Shown here: piece after piece, positions 8,695 through 17,878 of the stretch
How the letters are laid out: every line of letters begins with the position of its first letter
Position numbering within the stretch: the first letter of the stretch is position 1
Source of the DNA: an uncultured Clostridia bacterium
Lineage (GTDB): Bacteria; Bacillota; Clostridia; Oscillospirales; Ruminococcaceae
Direction: 5' to 3'
DNA length: 64,000 bases
Assembly (NCBI GenBank): GCA_944385915.1
Contig: CALWZB010000077.1
Location: 6,973 to 70,972, forward strand
Notes under the pieces: model-generated
What the model was told of the DNA's origin: nothing
Seen by the model: only the letters and a program-made list of their open reading frames with translations
The model's database searches: none
Translations under genes and position numbers: made by a program

Positions 8695-8709
8695 TTAGAA
8701 AAATTCTAA
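8695..8709. promoter_or_regulatory. Fur-family (PerR-like) operator candidate
   Basis: The 15-nt inverted repeat TTAGAAAAATTCTAA (TTAGAA-n3-TTCTAA) lies 7 nt upstream of the -35 element. It resembles the 7-1-7 PerR/Fur box architecture. Confidence 0.4.
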
Positions 8710-8719
8710 AATATTTTCC

Positions 8720-8760
8720 CGGAAAAACGCCGGGAAAAAGGCAGCGCTTTCCCCGGCTGT
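8720..8760 (-). terminator. Terminator after rubrerythrin
   Basis: On the minus strand, the hairpin CCGGGGAAA-GCGCTGCC-TTTTTCCCGG is followed by CGTTTTT. Confidence 0.6.
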
Positions 8761-8764
8761 TTTC

Positions 8765-9310
8765 TCAGTAATTGACCTTCCGAACCTCGAAATAGCTTCT
8801 CGGATGGGCGCAAACGGGACAAACCTCGGGCGCCTTTTTGCCGATGACCAGATGGCCGCAGTTTCTGCATTCCCACATGGTCTCCTCGCTTTTTTCGAAA
8901 ACCTTTTGCATCTCTACATTGTTCAAAAGAGCGCGGTACCGTTCCTCATGAGATTTCTCAATAGCGGCAACACCGCGAAATTGAGCGGCGAGCTCCGTAA
9001 AGCCCTCTTCCTCCGCTTCTTTGGCGAACCGGTCGTACATATCGGTCCACTCATAGTTCTCGCCGGCAGCAGCCGCGGCCAAATTTTCCGCCGTTTGGCC
9101 CAGCTCGCCCAGCGCTTTGAACCAAAGCTTGGCATGCTCTTTCTCGTTATCCGCCGTTTTCTGGAAGATCTCGGCGATCTGCTCATAACCCTCTTTTTTG
9201 GCTACCGAAGCAAAATAAGTATACTTATTTCTCGCCTGGCTTTCGCCGGCAAAGGCCTCGAGAAGGTTTTTCTCGGTTTTGGTTCCGGCATAGATGGATT
9301 TCTTTTCCAT
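8765..9310 (-). CDS. rbr: Rubrerythrin (N-terminal diiron domain plus C-terminal rubredoxin-like domain)
   Basis: The diiron motifs are EKEHAKLW and EKSHEERY. The C-terminus is [10 protein letters not shown]...CPVCAHP. Confidence 0.9.
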   Translation of the reverse strand: MEKKSIYAGTKTEKNLLEAFAGESQARNKYTYFASVAKKEGYEQIAEIFQKTADNEKEHAKLWFKALGELGQTAENLAAAAAGENYEWTDMYDRFAKEAEEEGFTELAAQFRGVAAIEKSHEERYRALLNNVEMQKVFEKSEETMWECRNCGHLVIGKKAPEVCPVCAHPRSYFEVRKVNY

Positions 9311-9369
9311 ATTTGCACCTCCTATGTAAGTGATGATCCTCCGCCGTTTGGACGAAGGTACCCGCTCTC

Positions 9370-9398
9370 AGTCTACACATCTTTTTCTTTTTCGTCAA
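9370..9398 (-). promoter_or_regulatory. Candidate promoter of rbr
   Basis: On the minus strand, TTGACG (9393-9398), a 17-nt spacer and TAGACT (9370-9375). Confidence 0.45.
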
Positions 9399-9409
9399 GG
9401 GGATAACAC

Positions 9410-9443
9410 AAAAAAGTCTGCGCAAAATTGCGCAGACTTTTTC
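9410..9443. terminator. Rho-independent terminator after the anti-sigma/beta-propeller gene
   Basis: AGTCTGCGCA-AAAT-TGCGCAGACT perfect stem flanked by A5 and T5 runs. Confidence 0.85.
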
Positions 9444-9471
9444 GCCCAGTAGGTTATCTCTATTTCAAACA

Positions 9472-11823
9472 TTAGAATAAATCATTCCACAGCACCATGC
9501 CGGTTGAGATCTGGACCGCCGTAATGCCGGTGTCGTTGACCAGATACAGCATATCTCCCAAAACCACCTTGGTTTCATAAAGGCTGCCGCAGGGCACCTT
9601 CGCCACCAGCTCAAAGCCGCCGGTGTACCGATACAGATAACAGTTGGTTTCCGCATTTCCTTCCTTGTTTCTCTGTGTTACGGTAAAGGAAATGAGATTG
9701 GTGTCAGGATGATACTGAAGGCCGAGAAAATCTTCTATCCCTTCCTCCTTGGGAAGCAAAGAGGCGGTGGAAAGGATGCCGTCCGTGAAAGAGATAATGT
9801 CAATAGACAATCCCTCTTCTCCCAAGACCAGCTCTAACTCATAGCCTTCCACAAAAGGAACCGATGTATCTTTCCGGAAAATGGTATCTAAAGCGGGAGC
9901 TTCCTCCGTACCGGTGAAAGAAAGGGTGCAGATCTGGCCGCCCGCCAGATAGTAAGCATTTCCCTTTTCAAAAAACGCCAGCCGCACCGTGGAATCCACC
10001 GCCGCCGAGCACTCGCCCACATAGTCGAGAGACGGATCGAACCGGGTCAAGATCAGCGTCCCGTCTGAAGACTGGGTCAAAACAGAAAGGGAACCGTCGG
10101 TTTCCTTCGCCGAAACGGTATCATAGAGCATCGACCCATATACCGCTGTCTCCCCGTTGAAGGAGAAGGCGCCTTTGTCGATGGTGTATTTGGAAATCAC
10201 CGTCCGGGGAACGCCCTTTTCCTCGCTGTCGCCAAAAAGATAGATTCCCTGATCTCCCAAATAAAGGCCTTTGCCGCCTCCCGCCAACGCCACGGTGTCC
10301 ACATAGTAGGACGCGGAGCCCATAGGCATAGCGCCTAAGACCCGGTATCCCGAAACGCCGCTTTCACTGATGTCGATATCGTTGACGCTCAGCTGGTAAA
10401 AGGTCCCGCCAGATCCATAGCCCGGCATAAAGGCGGAGGGCTGGTCTAACGTATAGCCGCTCACCGGAATAAAATCGGTTACCAGATACAGCTGGGACGC
10501 GTACACCTTCGAAGCAAGGTAGCTTCCGCTTTGGAACAGCGTATTCTGATAGGAAAGAACCCCGTCAGCAAACTGGTAAAAGCTGACAGCCGTATACTGC
10601 TGGCCGGAAAGGGCGGCCGCTTCGGTGACTACCGCTAAGATGCCGTTTTGATAGAACACCTCAGCCAGCGAAAGGCTTGCGGTCTCCTCGGACTGGGAAA
10701 GCTGTACCTTGACCGGCTCTTCCCCAATCAAACCGCCGCCGTCTTTGAGATCATACACCCGAAGCGCAGGACCGGTTTCTCCTTCCACTACCGCCAAAGC
10801 ATAGCTGCCCGAGAGAAAGACACATTCTTTCTCCTGCTCGAAAAGGGCATCGGAAAATACCGTCACCTTTCCATCCCCGGTATAGGACACCAACGCGTCA
10901 TAAACTGCCTGATACGGCGAAGCCTCCGCCGCAAGAATGCCCACTTCACGGGCCACGGTCATAAATTTTCCCATAGGGGACGCAAGAACCTGGTTCTTTC
11001 CCGAATCCACCGAGGATGAGGCCAAAATCTCCGAAACAATAGAACCCACCGATTCTTCGGGCTTTCCGTTTTCCTCCGGCTCTTTGCTTTCTTCCGGCTC
11101 AGGATCCGAGTTCTCGCTTTCCGTATAAGAAGGATCCACCGCAGGGTACCGGTGACTTTCCTCCTCTTTGGAAGGCTCATCTTCCTCTTGTGCATTCCCG
11201 GATGAGGACAGATCCGGCAAAACGCTGTTTTGTCCGCTGCTCTCCGGCTTAAAACTGTCATCTTCGGAAGGAGGCTCCCCTAACGAAGGCCCGTTTGCCG
11301 AAGAGGAATTTGGGTCAGGATCATGGATGATGGGGTTTTCGGGAGGGTGCTTCTTTCCGTCCTCATCACTTGCCGTCTGAGAGGAACCGCTGTTCGGGGA
11401 TATCTCGTTTTCCTCCGAAAAACCGGTATCCGGAGGAAGGCTCTCCTGTGTAGCTGCGCTGTTTTCTTCTGATCCCACATCCGGCAAAGACGAAAGGGAA
11501 GCCGTCGATTCCTCTTTGCTTTCCTCTTCACTTTCCTCAAAGTAGCGGCTGCTCAGATACTCCGAAGAGATGGGCTGCACCGAACGGCCGGAAAGATACT
11601 CCTTTACCGCCGCGTTTCCGGTGATCACCAACGCGATGCAGGCCACCGCCGCCAACGCGTAGGGAGAAAGCTTTTGATAGAGGGAACGGGGCTTTTTCTC
11701 CGGAAGCCGTTTTACGATCATCTCCGGAGAAAGGGAAAGAGGAACCGGGGTAGACTCCGCTTTTTTTAAGATTTGTTTTACAATTTCTTCTTCCCGCAAA
11801 TTGTCGCGATTTTCTTTGCCCAT
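9472..11823 (-). CDS. Membrane-anchored putative anti-sigma factor with an acidic Ser/Pro/Glu-rich linker and a C-terminal beta-propeller-type domain
   Basis: The start is assigned to ATG 11823, 6 nt after AAGGGAGGGG. A single TM segment reads YALAAVACIALVITGNAAV. About 210 aa of low-complexity E/S/P sequence follows, then a large beta-rich domain. The gene is immediately downstream of a sigma-70-family gene. Confidence 0.55.
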   Translation of the reverse strand: MGKENRDNLREEEIVKQILKKAESTPVPLSLSPEMIVKRLPEKKPRSLYQKLSPYALAAVACIALVITGNAAVKEYLSGRSVQPISSEYLSSRYFEESEEESKEESTASLSSLPDVGSEENSAATQESLPPDTGFSEENEISPNSGSSQTASDEDGKKHPPENPIIHDPDPNSSSANGPSLGEPPSEDDSFKPESSGQNSVLPDLSSSGNAQEEDEPSKEEESHRYPAVDPSYTESENSDPEPEESKEPEENGKPEESVGSIVSEILASSSVDSGKNQVLASPMGKFMTVAREVGILAAEASPYQAVYDALVSYTGDGKVTVFSDALFEQEKECVFLSGSYALAVVEGETGPALRVYDLKDGGGLIGEEPVKVQLSQSEETASLSLAEVFYQNGILAVVTEAAALSGQQYTAVSFYQFADGVLSYQNTLFQSGSYLASKVYASQLYLVTDFIPVSGYTLDQPSAFMPGYGSGGTFYQLSVNDIDISESGVSGYRVLGAMPMGSASYYVDTVALAGGGKGLYLGDQGIYLFGDSEEKGVPRTVISKYTIDKGAFSFNGETAVYGSMLYDTVSAKETDGSLSVLTQSSDGTLILTRFDPSLDYVGECSAAVDSTVRLAFFEKGNAYYLAGGQICTLSFTGTEEAPALDTIFRKDTSVPFVEGYELELVLGEEGLSIDIISFTDGILSTASLLPKEEGIEDFLGLQYHPDTNLISFTVTQRNKEGNAETNCYLYRYTGGFELVAKVPCGSLYETKVVLGDMLYLVNDTGITAVQISTGMVLWNDLF

Positions 11824-11860
11824 AGGGTTCCCCTCCCTTCTATACAAAATATGGCGGCCT

Positions 11861-12382
11861 TTAGGTCTCCTTCAAATATTCTTTCATTTTGCCGAATGCA
11901 CGGCTTTGCTTGGAGCGAATGGTGTTGCGGTTTTTATGGAGCATTTTGGCGATCTCATCGCTGTTGTAGCCGCCGAACACGTTGAGGGAAATGATCATCC
12001 GCTCCTCGTCGCTCAGCGCCTCAAACGCCTTTTTGAGATCCATACGCTCCGATGTATCCGATTCAAAGGAAAGCGCGGAGAGGTCGGTCTCCGAAAGAAG
12101 CGTCTCCCTGTTCTTTCCCGCATAGCTTTTTAACTTCCGCTTGCATTTCGCCGACAGGATCTTAAACATCCATCCCCGGAACGCATCGGCATTTTTCAGC
12201 TTTCCAATGCCCACATAAGCGTCCATGACCGCGTCGCTCACGGCGTCTTCGGCATCTTGTTGATCTTTCAGTACATAATAGGCAAATTTATACAGATCGT
12301 TATATATTTTTCCGTACAACACAGAAAAGGCTTCCTTATTTCCTTTCTGTGCCGCCTTGACCAAATCGGCGGATTCCGACAT
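11861..12382 (-). CDS. ECF-type sigma-70 family RNA polymerase sigma factor
   Basis: 173 aa from ATG 12382, with RBS GAGGTGAGGAG. The region 2-like segment is FSVLYGKIYNDLYKFAYYVLKDQQDAEDAVSDA. The region 4 HTH is GGYNSDEIAKMLHKNRNTIRSKQSRA. Confidence 0.8.
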   Translation of the reverse strand: MSESADLVKAAQKGNKEAFSVLYGKIYNDLYKFAYYVLKDQQDAEDAVSDAVMDAYVGIGKLKNADAFRGWMFKILSAKCKRKLKSYAGKNRETLLSETDLSALSFESDTSERMDLKKAFEALSDEERMIISLNVFGGYNSDEIAKMLHKNRNTIRSKQSRAFGKMKEYLKET

Positions 12383-12471
12383 CTCCTCACCTCTTTTCCA
12401 AAAGGGAGAAATGCAATCTGCCGTTCCATAATAATAGTGTCTTTTTTCGGCAGTTCTGTTGCATTTTTCCT

Positions 12472-14199
12472 TTATTTTAACCTTTCCGGCAATTTTTTCC
12501 TTTTCCCGTTGCCCCAAATATCCTTTCTCGCATAATCAAAAAGATAAAGGCAAGGGGTCTGTTCCCCGGTAACGGGGTCGAAAGAAAATCCTTCGATGCT
12601 ACTTCTTTGCCTTTGCTCCTTTCCCGTCAAAGAGAGGAAAGGCGGATACCATTCTCCCAACAGGGAGCTATCGTAAAGGTCGCTGATCTCCTTTCGCCGC
12701 TTATGCGCGGGATTCTCCCCGAAAAAGGTGAAGGGCTTTCTTTGGCGTTCATGGCTGCAATAATCGAACCGCTCCCGCTCCCGCACTTCACGAGGATCCA
12801 AAGACGGAAAACGTTCACAGAGAAACTCATAAAGAAACCGATACTGGCTTTCCGCCGACTTTGGCCGGTAAAGGGCGCCTTCCTTTTTGAGATACGCGGC
12901 AAAATCCCGGTAAAAGCAGTATGGAGAAGGAAACAAAGGAACGGCAAACCGCAACGTTTGCAAAAACCGGCCGCTGTTGTAGTAAAGCTCCAATACCCGC
13001 TCGGCGTCTTTAAGCTCCACCATATCCCAAAAGGAAAGATCCGGCGTCGCCAACACCGAATAAGGGGGCGTTTCATCATATACAAATTGGAATTTTTCTC
13101 TATTATTATACAATCCGGATCCCTTCAGCAGCTTCAAAAAGCCCAGCTGGAGCTGGTTTGGCTCCAAGGCATAGACCTCGTTGAAGGATTGCGCAAACCG
13201 CTCCTTCGTTTCATAGGGCAGTCCGGCGATCAAATCCAGGTGGATATGGATGTTCTCCTTTTTCTTGAGCCTCTGGCAGACCGCCGCAATCCTTTGCAGA
13301 TCGGTGCGCCGGCGCACCGCCTCGAGAGTAGGAGCAAAGGTAGACTGTACCCCGATCTCGAACTGAAACAGCCCTTCCCGCACCGTCTCCAAAAAGGAGA
13401 GGGTCTCCTCGTCCAAAAGCTCCGCCGCCAGCTCGAAATGAAAATTGGTAACGCCGTTGTCATGCTCCGCCAAAAACTGCCAGATGGTCAGCGCGATATT
13501 CCGGTCGCTGTTAAAGGTGCGGTCCAAAAGCTTGACCTGGGGGACTTTTTTCTCCAAAAAAAAGGAAAGCTCCCTTTTGACCATCTCCATCGGCCGGCGC
13601 CGCACCCGCTCTCCCCGGCCGGAAAGGCAATACTGGCAAAAAAAAGGACACCCTCTTTGGGTCTCATAGTAAAGGATCCGGTTTTCAAACTGGGAGAGAT
13701 CCTGGTAAATAAAAGGGATCTCCTCTATGTTCGGAAGACAAACCCCGGTATTTTGAAGAAGCGCCTCCCCTTCCCGCCATGTCAGAGACGGGACATCCTT
13801 CAAAGGGCTCCCCTGGATCAGGGCGAGACAGAGCAGCGAGAAGCTCTCCTCCCCTTCTCCCGAAAGCACCAGATCGCACATCGTCTCGCAAAGGGTCTCC
13901 TTTGGCGTATCGCTCACCTCGGGACCGCCCAGAAGGATGCGGCATGCGGGAGCGAGCTTTTTGATCCGGCTGCAAAGGCGCTGTACCAAAGGGTAGTTCC
14001 ATATATAACAGGAAAACGCCAAAAGATCCGGCTGGCGCAGAAAAATCTCCTCGAGGATCTCCTCTTCGTCCTGATTGACGGTAAATTCTACCGTTTCGCT
14101 TTGGATCCCGTAACGCTCCTTCGCGTACGCGCTCAAAAGATAGACCGCGGGAGACGGATGGATATATTTCGCGCTGATTCCCACCAAAAGGATCTTCAT
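12472..14199 (-). CDS. B12-binding domain radical SAM protein (DUF4080-type C-terminus)
   Basis: The CPFFCQYC CX3CX2C radical-SAM motif is present. The N-terminus MKILLVGISAKYIHPSPAVY is typical of the cobalamin-binding subclass. The start ATG 14199 follows GGAGG. Confidence 0.75.
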   Translation of the reverse strand: MKILLVGISAKYIHPSPAVYLLSAYAKERYGIQSETVEFTVNQDEEEILEEIFLRQPDLLAFSCYIWNYPLVQRLCSRIKKLAPACRILLGGPEVSDTPKETLCETMCDLVLSGEGEESFSLLCLALIQGSPLKDVPSLTWREGEALLQNTGVCLPNIEEIPFIYQDLSQFENRILYYETQRGCPFFCQYCLSGRGERVRRRPMEMVKRELSFFLEKKVPQVKLLDRTFNSDRNIALTIWQFLAEHDNGVTNFHFELAAELLDEETLSFLETVREGLFQFEIGVQSTFAPTLEAVRRRTDLQRIAAVCQRLKKKENIHIHLDLIAGLPYETKERFAQSFNEVYALEPNQLQLGFLKLLKGSGLYNNREKFQFVYDETPPYSVLATPDLSFWDMVELKDAERVLELYYNSGRFLQTLRFAVPLFPSPYCFYRDFAAYLKKEGALYRPKSAESQYRFLYEFLCERFPSLDPREVRERERFDYCSHERQRKPFTFFGENPAHKRRKEISDLYDSSLLGEWYPPFLSLTGKEQRQRSSIEGFSFDPVTGEQTPCLYLFDYARKDIWGNGKRKKLPERLK

Positions 14200-14451
14200 A
14201 ACGGCCTCCGGCAATAAAATTTCTTCTTATTGTAACATAAATTGCCGTTTTTATCAAGGGAAAAAGGGTGATAACGACGGTAAAGGGAGGCAAAGCCTTA
14301 CGGTATGGGCACAAAAAAACCCGCCAATATTTTTTTCAAAAAATTGTTGCTTTTATGGATGGAAGTTGTTTTCTCACTTTGTTATCATATAAATGAGTGT
14401 CAGAAATGGATAACATCCCCATTGGAAACGGGAACAGAAGGAGTGAGCGTT

Positions 14452-15234
14452 TTGGCATTAGTCACCATAAACTTTTTTTCCACAGTGCTCGGTATGAATA
14501 CGGCGATGCACGTGATTTTGCCGGACAGATATCCCAAAGCCACAGGCAAGCAGAGGAAGGAGCCTTTCCCCGTTTTGTATCTCTTTCACGGGGGCGGAGA
14601 TAACCACACCAAATGGCTTCGCTACACCGCGATCGAACGGTACGCCGAGAAAAAGCAGATCGCTGTGGTGATGCCCACCACCATGCAAGGCTGGTACACC
14701 GATATGAAATACGGCTACGATTTCTTTACCTTCCTCTCCGAGGAGCTTCCCGAGATCATCCACAGAGATTTCCCCAAAATCTCTACCGATCCTAAGGATA
14801 CCTTTGTCGCCGGCCTTTCCATGGGCGGTATGGGCGCGCTGAAATGGGCGTTTGTCAAGCCGGAGCGGGTCGCGGCGGTGGCGTCGTTATCCAGCTCCAT
14901 CGATATGACCGTTTCTATGGAACGGGCGATGAAAAGAGACGGCAAGCTTCCCGACAATATGCGCAATATCTGGGGCTCTCCCGAAGAGATCAAAGGAACG
15001 GTAGACGATGTCCCCTATCTGATCGACCAGGCCATTGCCTCGGGCAAGCCTCTTCCCAAGGTCTTTATCGCGGTAGGTACCGAAGATTTCACCTACCAGT
15101 GCAACGTGGATTTCAAAAACAAATATGAGAATCAGCTGGATCTCACCTACCTTGAGGAACCGGGGACCCACAGCTGGGAATTTTGGGACAGAAACATTGA
15201 GAGAGTCTTAAACTGGCTTCCCCTGGACGATTAG
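14452..15234 (+). CDS. Esterase family protein (alpha/beta hydrolase, tributyrin esterase / esterase D-like)
   Basis: The GLSMGGMGA nucleophile elbow is present. The N-terminus (M)ALVTINFFSTVLGMNTAMHVILPD parallels the downstream paralog. TTG 14452 lies 8 nt after GAAGGAG; ATG 14305 is an in-frame alternative. Confidence 0.75.
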   Translation: MALVTINFFSTVLGMNTAMHVILPDRYPKATGKQRKEPFPVLYLFHGGGDNHTKWLRYTAIERYAEKKQIAVVMPTTMQGWYTDMKYGYDFFTFLSEELPEIIHRDFPKISTDPKDTFVAGLSMGGMGALKWAFVKPERVAAVASLSSSIDMTVSMERAMKRDGKLPDNMRNIWGSPEEIKGTVDDVPYLIDQAIASGKPLPKVFIAVGTEDFTYQCNVDFKNKYENQLDLTYLEEPGTHSWEFWDRNIERVLNWLPLDD

Positions 15235-15248
15235 AAAGGAGAGAATGT

Positions 15249-16127
15249 ATGTCTTTTTTACAGCTTGATTTTTACTCCCGCACTCTTGGGATGGACAGCC
15301 AGCTCAATATCGTCCTTCCCGAAGAAAAACAGGGGGTTGGCTTTATTCCCGTTCCGCGAAAGGGACAACATCCGGTGTTGTATCTGCTTCATGGCACATC
15401 GGGAGACCATACCGACTGGGAACGCTGGACGTCGGTAGAGCGCTACGCCGCCAAAAAAGGGATCGCTTTGGTTATGATGGCGGGTCAGCTTTCTTCGTAC
15501 ACCAATATGGTCTACGGCCAGAAATTTTTCGACTACATCGCCTACGAGATCCCCGAAGTAGTCAAGGACTTTTTCCCCATTTCCGACAAGCGGGAGGACA
15601 CCTTTATCGCCGGCCTTTCCATGGGAAGCTACGGGGCATTAAAGATCGCTTTGGCGCTTCCCGAAAATTACGCCGCCGCCGGCGCCCTCTCCAGCGGCAA
15701 CCACGCTTACAACCCGGAGCGGTTTAACGAGGGAAAAGGCGGCATTTCCCATATGATGGGAAAAAATGTCTCCGAAGTAACCAAAGCCGACCAGGACAAG
15801 GGGATCTTTTCCACCGCGGTGCTGGAGAGAAGGTTAAAACTTTGCTGGGGATGGGAAAAGGGCGATTCCATCCTGAACACGGAGGAAGACTGGTTTTTCC
15901 TTGCCAAACGAAACCTTGAAGAAGGGCGGCCTTTGCCCAAGATCTTCCATGCCTGCGGCACCGAGGATCACAACTGGAACGAAGCGGTGCGGGCGAGAGA
16001 TTTCTTCCAATCCCTCCCGGGCAATCCCTACCAGTACGAGTTTCACCAAGCCCCCGGTCAGCATAACTGGGAATTTTGGGATGCGTGGATCGAAAAATTC
16101 ATCCAATGGCTTCCGGTGTCCCTGTAA
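15249..16127 (+). CDS. Esterase family protein (tandem paralog)
   Basis: MSFLQLDFYSRTLGMDSQLNIVLPE at the N-terminus and a GLSMGSYGA GxSxG motif. The architecture matches the upstream gene. Confidence 0.8.
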   Translation: MSFLQLDFYSRTLGMDSQLNIVLPEEKQGVGFIPVPRKGQHPVLYLLHGTSGDHTDWERWTSVERYAAKKGIALVMMAGQLSSYTNMVYGQKFFDYIAYEIPEVVKDFFPISDKREDTFIAGLSMGSYGALKIALALPENYAAAGALSSGNHAYNPERFNEGKGGISHMMGKNVSEVTKADQDKGIFSTAVLERRLKLCWGWEKGDSILNTEEDWFFLAKRNLEEGRPLPKIFHACGTEDHNWNEAVRARDFFQSLPGNPYQYEFHQAPGQHNWEFWDAWIEKFIQWLPVSL

Positions 16128-16244
16128 AAAAATAAACAATGAGTAGAAACGGGTCGGTTTATTCCGGTTCGTTTCTTTTTTTCTCCCCTTTTTTGCCGGT
16201 TTATGGTATAATAGGGAAAATGACTGCGATATGAGGAGGATATT

Positions 16245-16718
16245 ATGCCGGAAAAGACCAATGTGATGCGGCTGCTGGATCAAAAAAAGGTAGGATACAC
16301 TCCCCACTTTTACGATCCGGGAGATGGGATCAGCGGCGGAGAAGTCGCCATAAGCTTAGGGGAAGATCCCAAAAGGGTATTTAAAACCTTAGTCACCGAA
16401 GGGAAATCGGGAAAATATTATGTTTTTATGATTCCGGTTTTAGAGGAACTGGATCTCAAAAAAGCCGCCAAAGCAGTGAAGGAAAAAGCCATTTCCATGC
16501 TCAAATCCAAGGAACTTCTCCCCCTTACCGGATATATCCATGGGGGCTGTTCCCCCATCGGGATGAAAAAGCTCTTTCCCACGGTGATCCACCAAACGGC
16601 AGCCGGCTTTCCCACCATCTTTTTTTCCGGGGGAAAAATCGGATGTCAGGTGGAGCTTTCCCTTGAGGATCTTTGCCGGGTGATCCCGGTAAGCGAAGCC
16701 GATCTCACCGTCTCTTAA
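16245..16718 (+). CDS. ybaK: Cys-tRNA(Pro)/Cys-tRNA(Cys) deacylase YbaK
   Basis: 157 aa. The N-terminus TNVMRLLDQKKVGYTPHFYD and the GGCSPIG motif are typical of the YbaK/EbsC family. Confidence 0.8.
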   Translation: MPEKTNVMRLLDQKKVGYTPHFYDPGDGISGGEVAISLGEDPKRVFKTLVTEGKSGKYYVFMIPVLEELDLKKAAKAVKEKAISMLKSKELLPLTGYIHGGCSPIGMKKLFPTVIHQTAAGFPTIFFSGGKIGCQVELSLEDLCRVIPVSEADLTVS

Positions 16719-16806
16719 CTGGGAAAATTTTCCCTTCCTATTGCCCCGGGCTCGCTTTTGTAGTATACTGAACCTAATCTATTTTAAAAGAAAGGATTTC
16801 TTTGGG

Positions 16807-17490
16807 ATGCTTTATTTTACCGGAGACACCCATGGGGATTACCAGCGTTTTAAAGACCCCAAAATCAAAAAGCTGTCCAAAAAGGATACCCTTTTTATCT
16901 GCGGGGATTTTGGCTTTTTGTGGGACGGTACCGAAGAAGAAAAAAAGCTTCTTAAAAAAATCGGGAAAAAGCCCTTTGATACCCTTTTCGTAGAAGGCTG
17001 CCACGACGCCTATCCTCTTTTGGAGACCTATCCTGTGGTCTCCTACCGGGGAGGCAGCGCCCGGAAGATCAGCGGCAATCTTTACCAGCTGCTTCGGGGA
17101 GAAATCTACGAAATCGAAGGAAAAACGGTGTTTGCCTTCGGCGGGGGCGACAGCGGAGAAGAGGCGATGTTGAATCCCGCTGCCCGCTGGTACAAGCAAG
17201 AAGCGCCCACCGTCAAAGAGACCCAGGCGGGACTCGAAAACTTAAAAAAGCACGGCAATCAGGTGGATTACATCATAACCCATGACGCGCCTGAATCCAT
17301 CCGCAGACTTTTTATCGAGGACCAGCAAAAGGCTTCCTTCATCCACCGGTATCTGGAAACGCTTCTTACCACCGTTTCCTTTACCCATTGGTACTTTGGC
17401 GCTTACCATACCGACCGAATCATCCCGCCCCGTTACACCGCCTTATTTTCCCGGGTAACCGCGGCGCAAAACCCTTCTACGGAGGAATGA
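16807..17490 (+). CDS. Metallophosphoesterase family protein
   Basis: MLYFTGDTHGD, ICGDFGF and GCHD motifs follow the calcineurin-like phosphoesterase pattern. The start is assigned to ATG 16807. Confidence 0.7.
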   Translation: MLYFTGDTHGDYQRFKDPKIKKLSKKDTLFICGDFGFLWDGTEEEKKLLKKIGKKPFDTLFVEGCHDAYPLLETYPVVSYRGGSARKISGNLYQLLRGEIYEIEGKTVFAFGGGDSGEEAMLNPAARWYKQEAPTVKETQAGLENLKKHGNQVDYIITHDAPESIRRLFIEDQQKASFIHRYLETLLTTVSFTHWYFGAYHTDRIIPPRYTALFSRVTAAQNPSTEE

Positions 17491-17494
17491 CAAA

Positions 17495-17878
17495 ATGAAA
17501 GTACGCGTAATCATCTGTGGAAAAAGCTACACCTTAAATACCGACGAAAGCCCCTCCTATCTCACTACTTTAGCGGAGGCGCTTACCGAGCGGATCAATG
17601 CCTTTATGGACGAAAATGACAGCGCCTCCCTCACCAGCGCGGCGGTAATGGTAGGCCTTTCCCTGTTGGACGAAAGCAACAAGTCCACCTGCGATGTGGA
17701 CAACTTCCGCGCCCAGATTAAGGGATATGTAGAGGAGGCCGCCAACGCCCGGATCGAAGCCGACCAGTTAAAGCGGGAGATCGCCCTGCTCAGGCAGGAA
17801 AATGAGGATCTCAAAAACGATCTGGAGCTGTTAAAGCTTCGAAACGACGTTCCGGATGCGGAAACGGAAAATGAATAG
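17495..17878 (+). CDS. zapA: Cell division protein ZapA
   Basis: 127 aa. VIICGKSYTLNTDESPSYL...LAEALTERINAF, followed by a C-terminal coiled coil. Confidence 0.8.
   Translation: MKVRVIICGKSYTLNTDESPSYLTTLAEALTERINAFMDENDSASLTSAAVMVGLSLLDESNKSTCDVDNFRAQIKGYVEEAANARIEADQLKREIALLRQENEDLKNDLELLKLRNDVPDAETENE

Noticed and set aside
12607-14217. A 536-aa ORF on the plus strand spans almost the whole radical SAM locus.
   Set aside because: It is antisense to an ORF that carries a clear CX3CX2C radical-SAM motif and a B12-binding N-terminus. Its own translation is Arg/Leu/Pro/Lys-rich with no motifs. This is a typical stop-poor shadow frame of a GC-biased gene.
14305-14451. A possible signal-peptide-like extension of the first esterase (MGTKKPANIFFKKLLLLWMEVVFSLCY...).
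   Set aside because: The RBS spacing to ATG 14305 is poor, at about 15 nt. The paralog and the usual family members start directly at the FFS..LGM motif, and TTG 14452 has a well-placed GAAGGAG. The ATG 14305 start remains a minor alternative.
16721-16734. The palindrome GGGAAAATTTTCCC after ybaK, considered as a Noc-binding site or a terminator.
   Set aside because: It does not match the Noc-binding consensus ATTTCCCGGGAAAT. The stem is short and AT-rich in the centre, and no T-run follows. It is at best a weak terminator.
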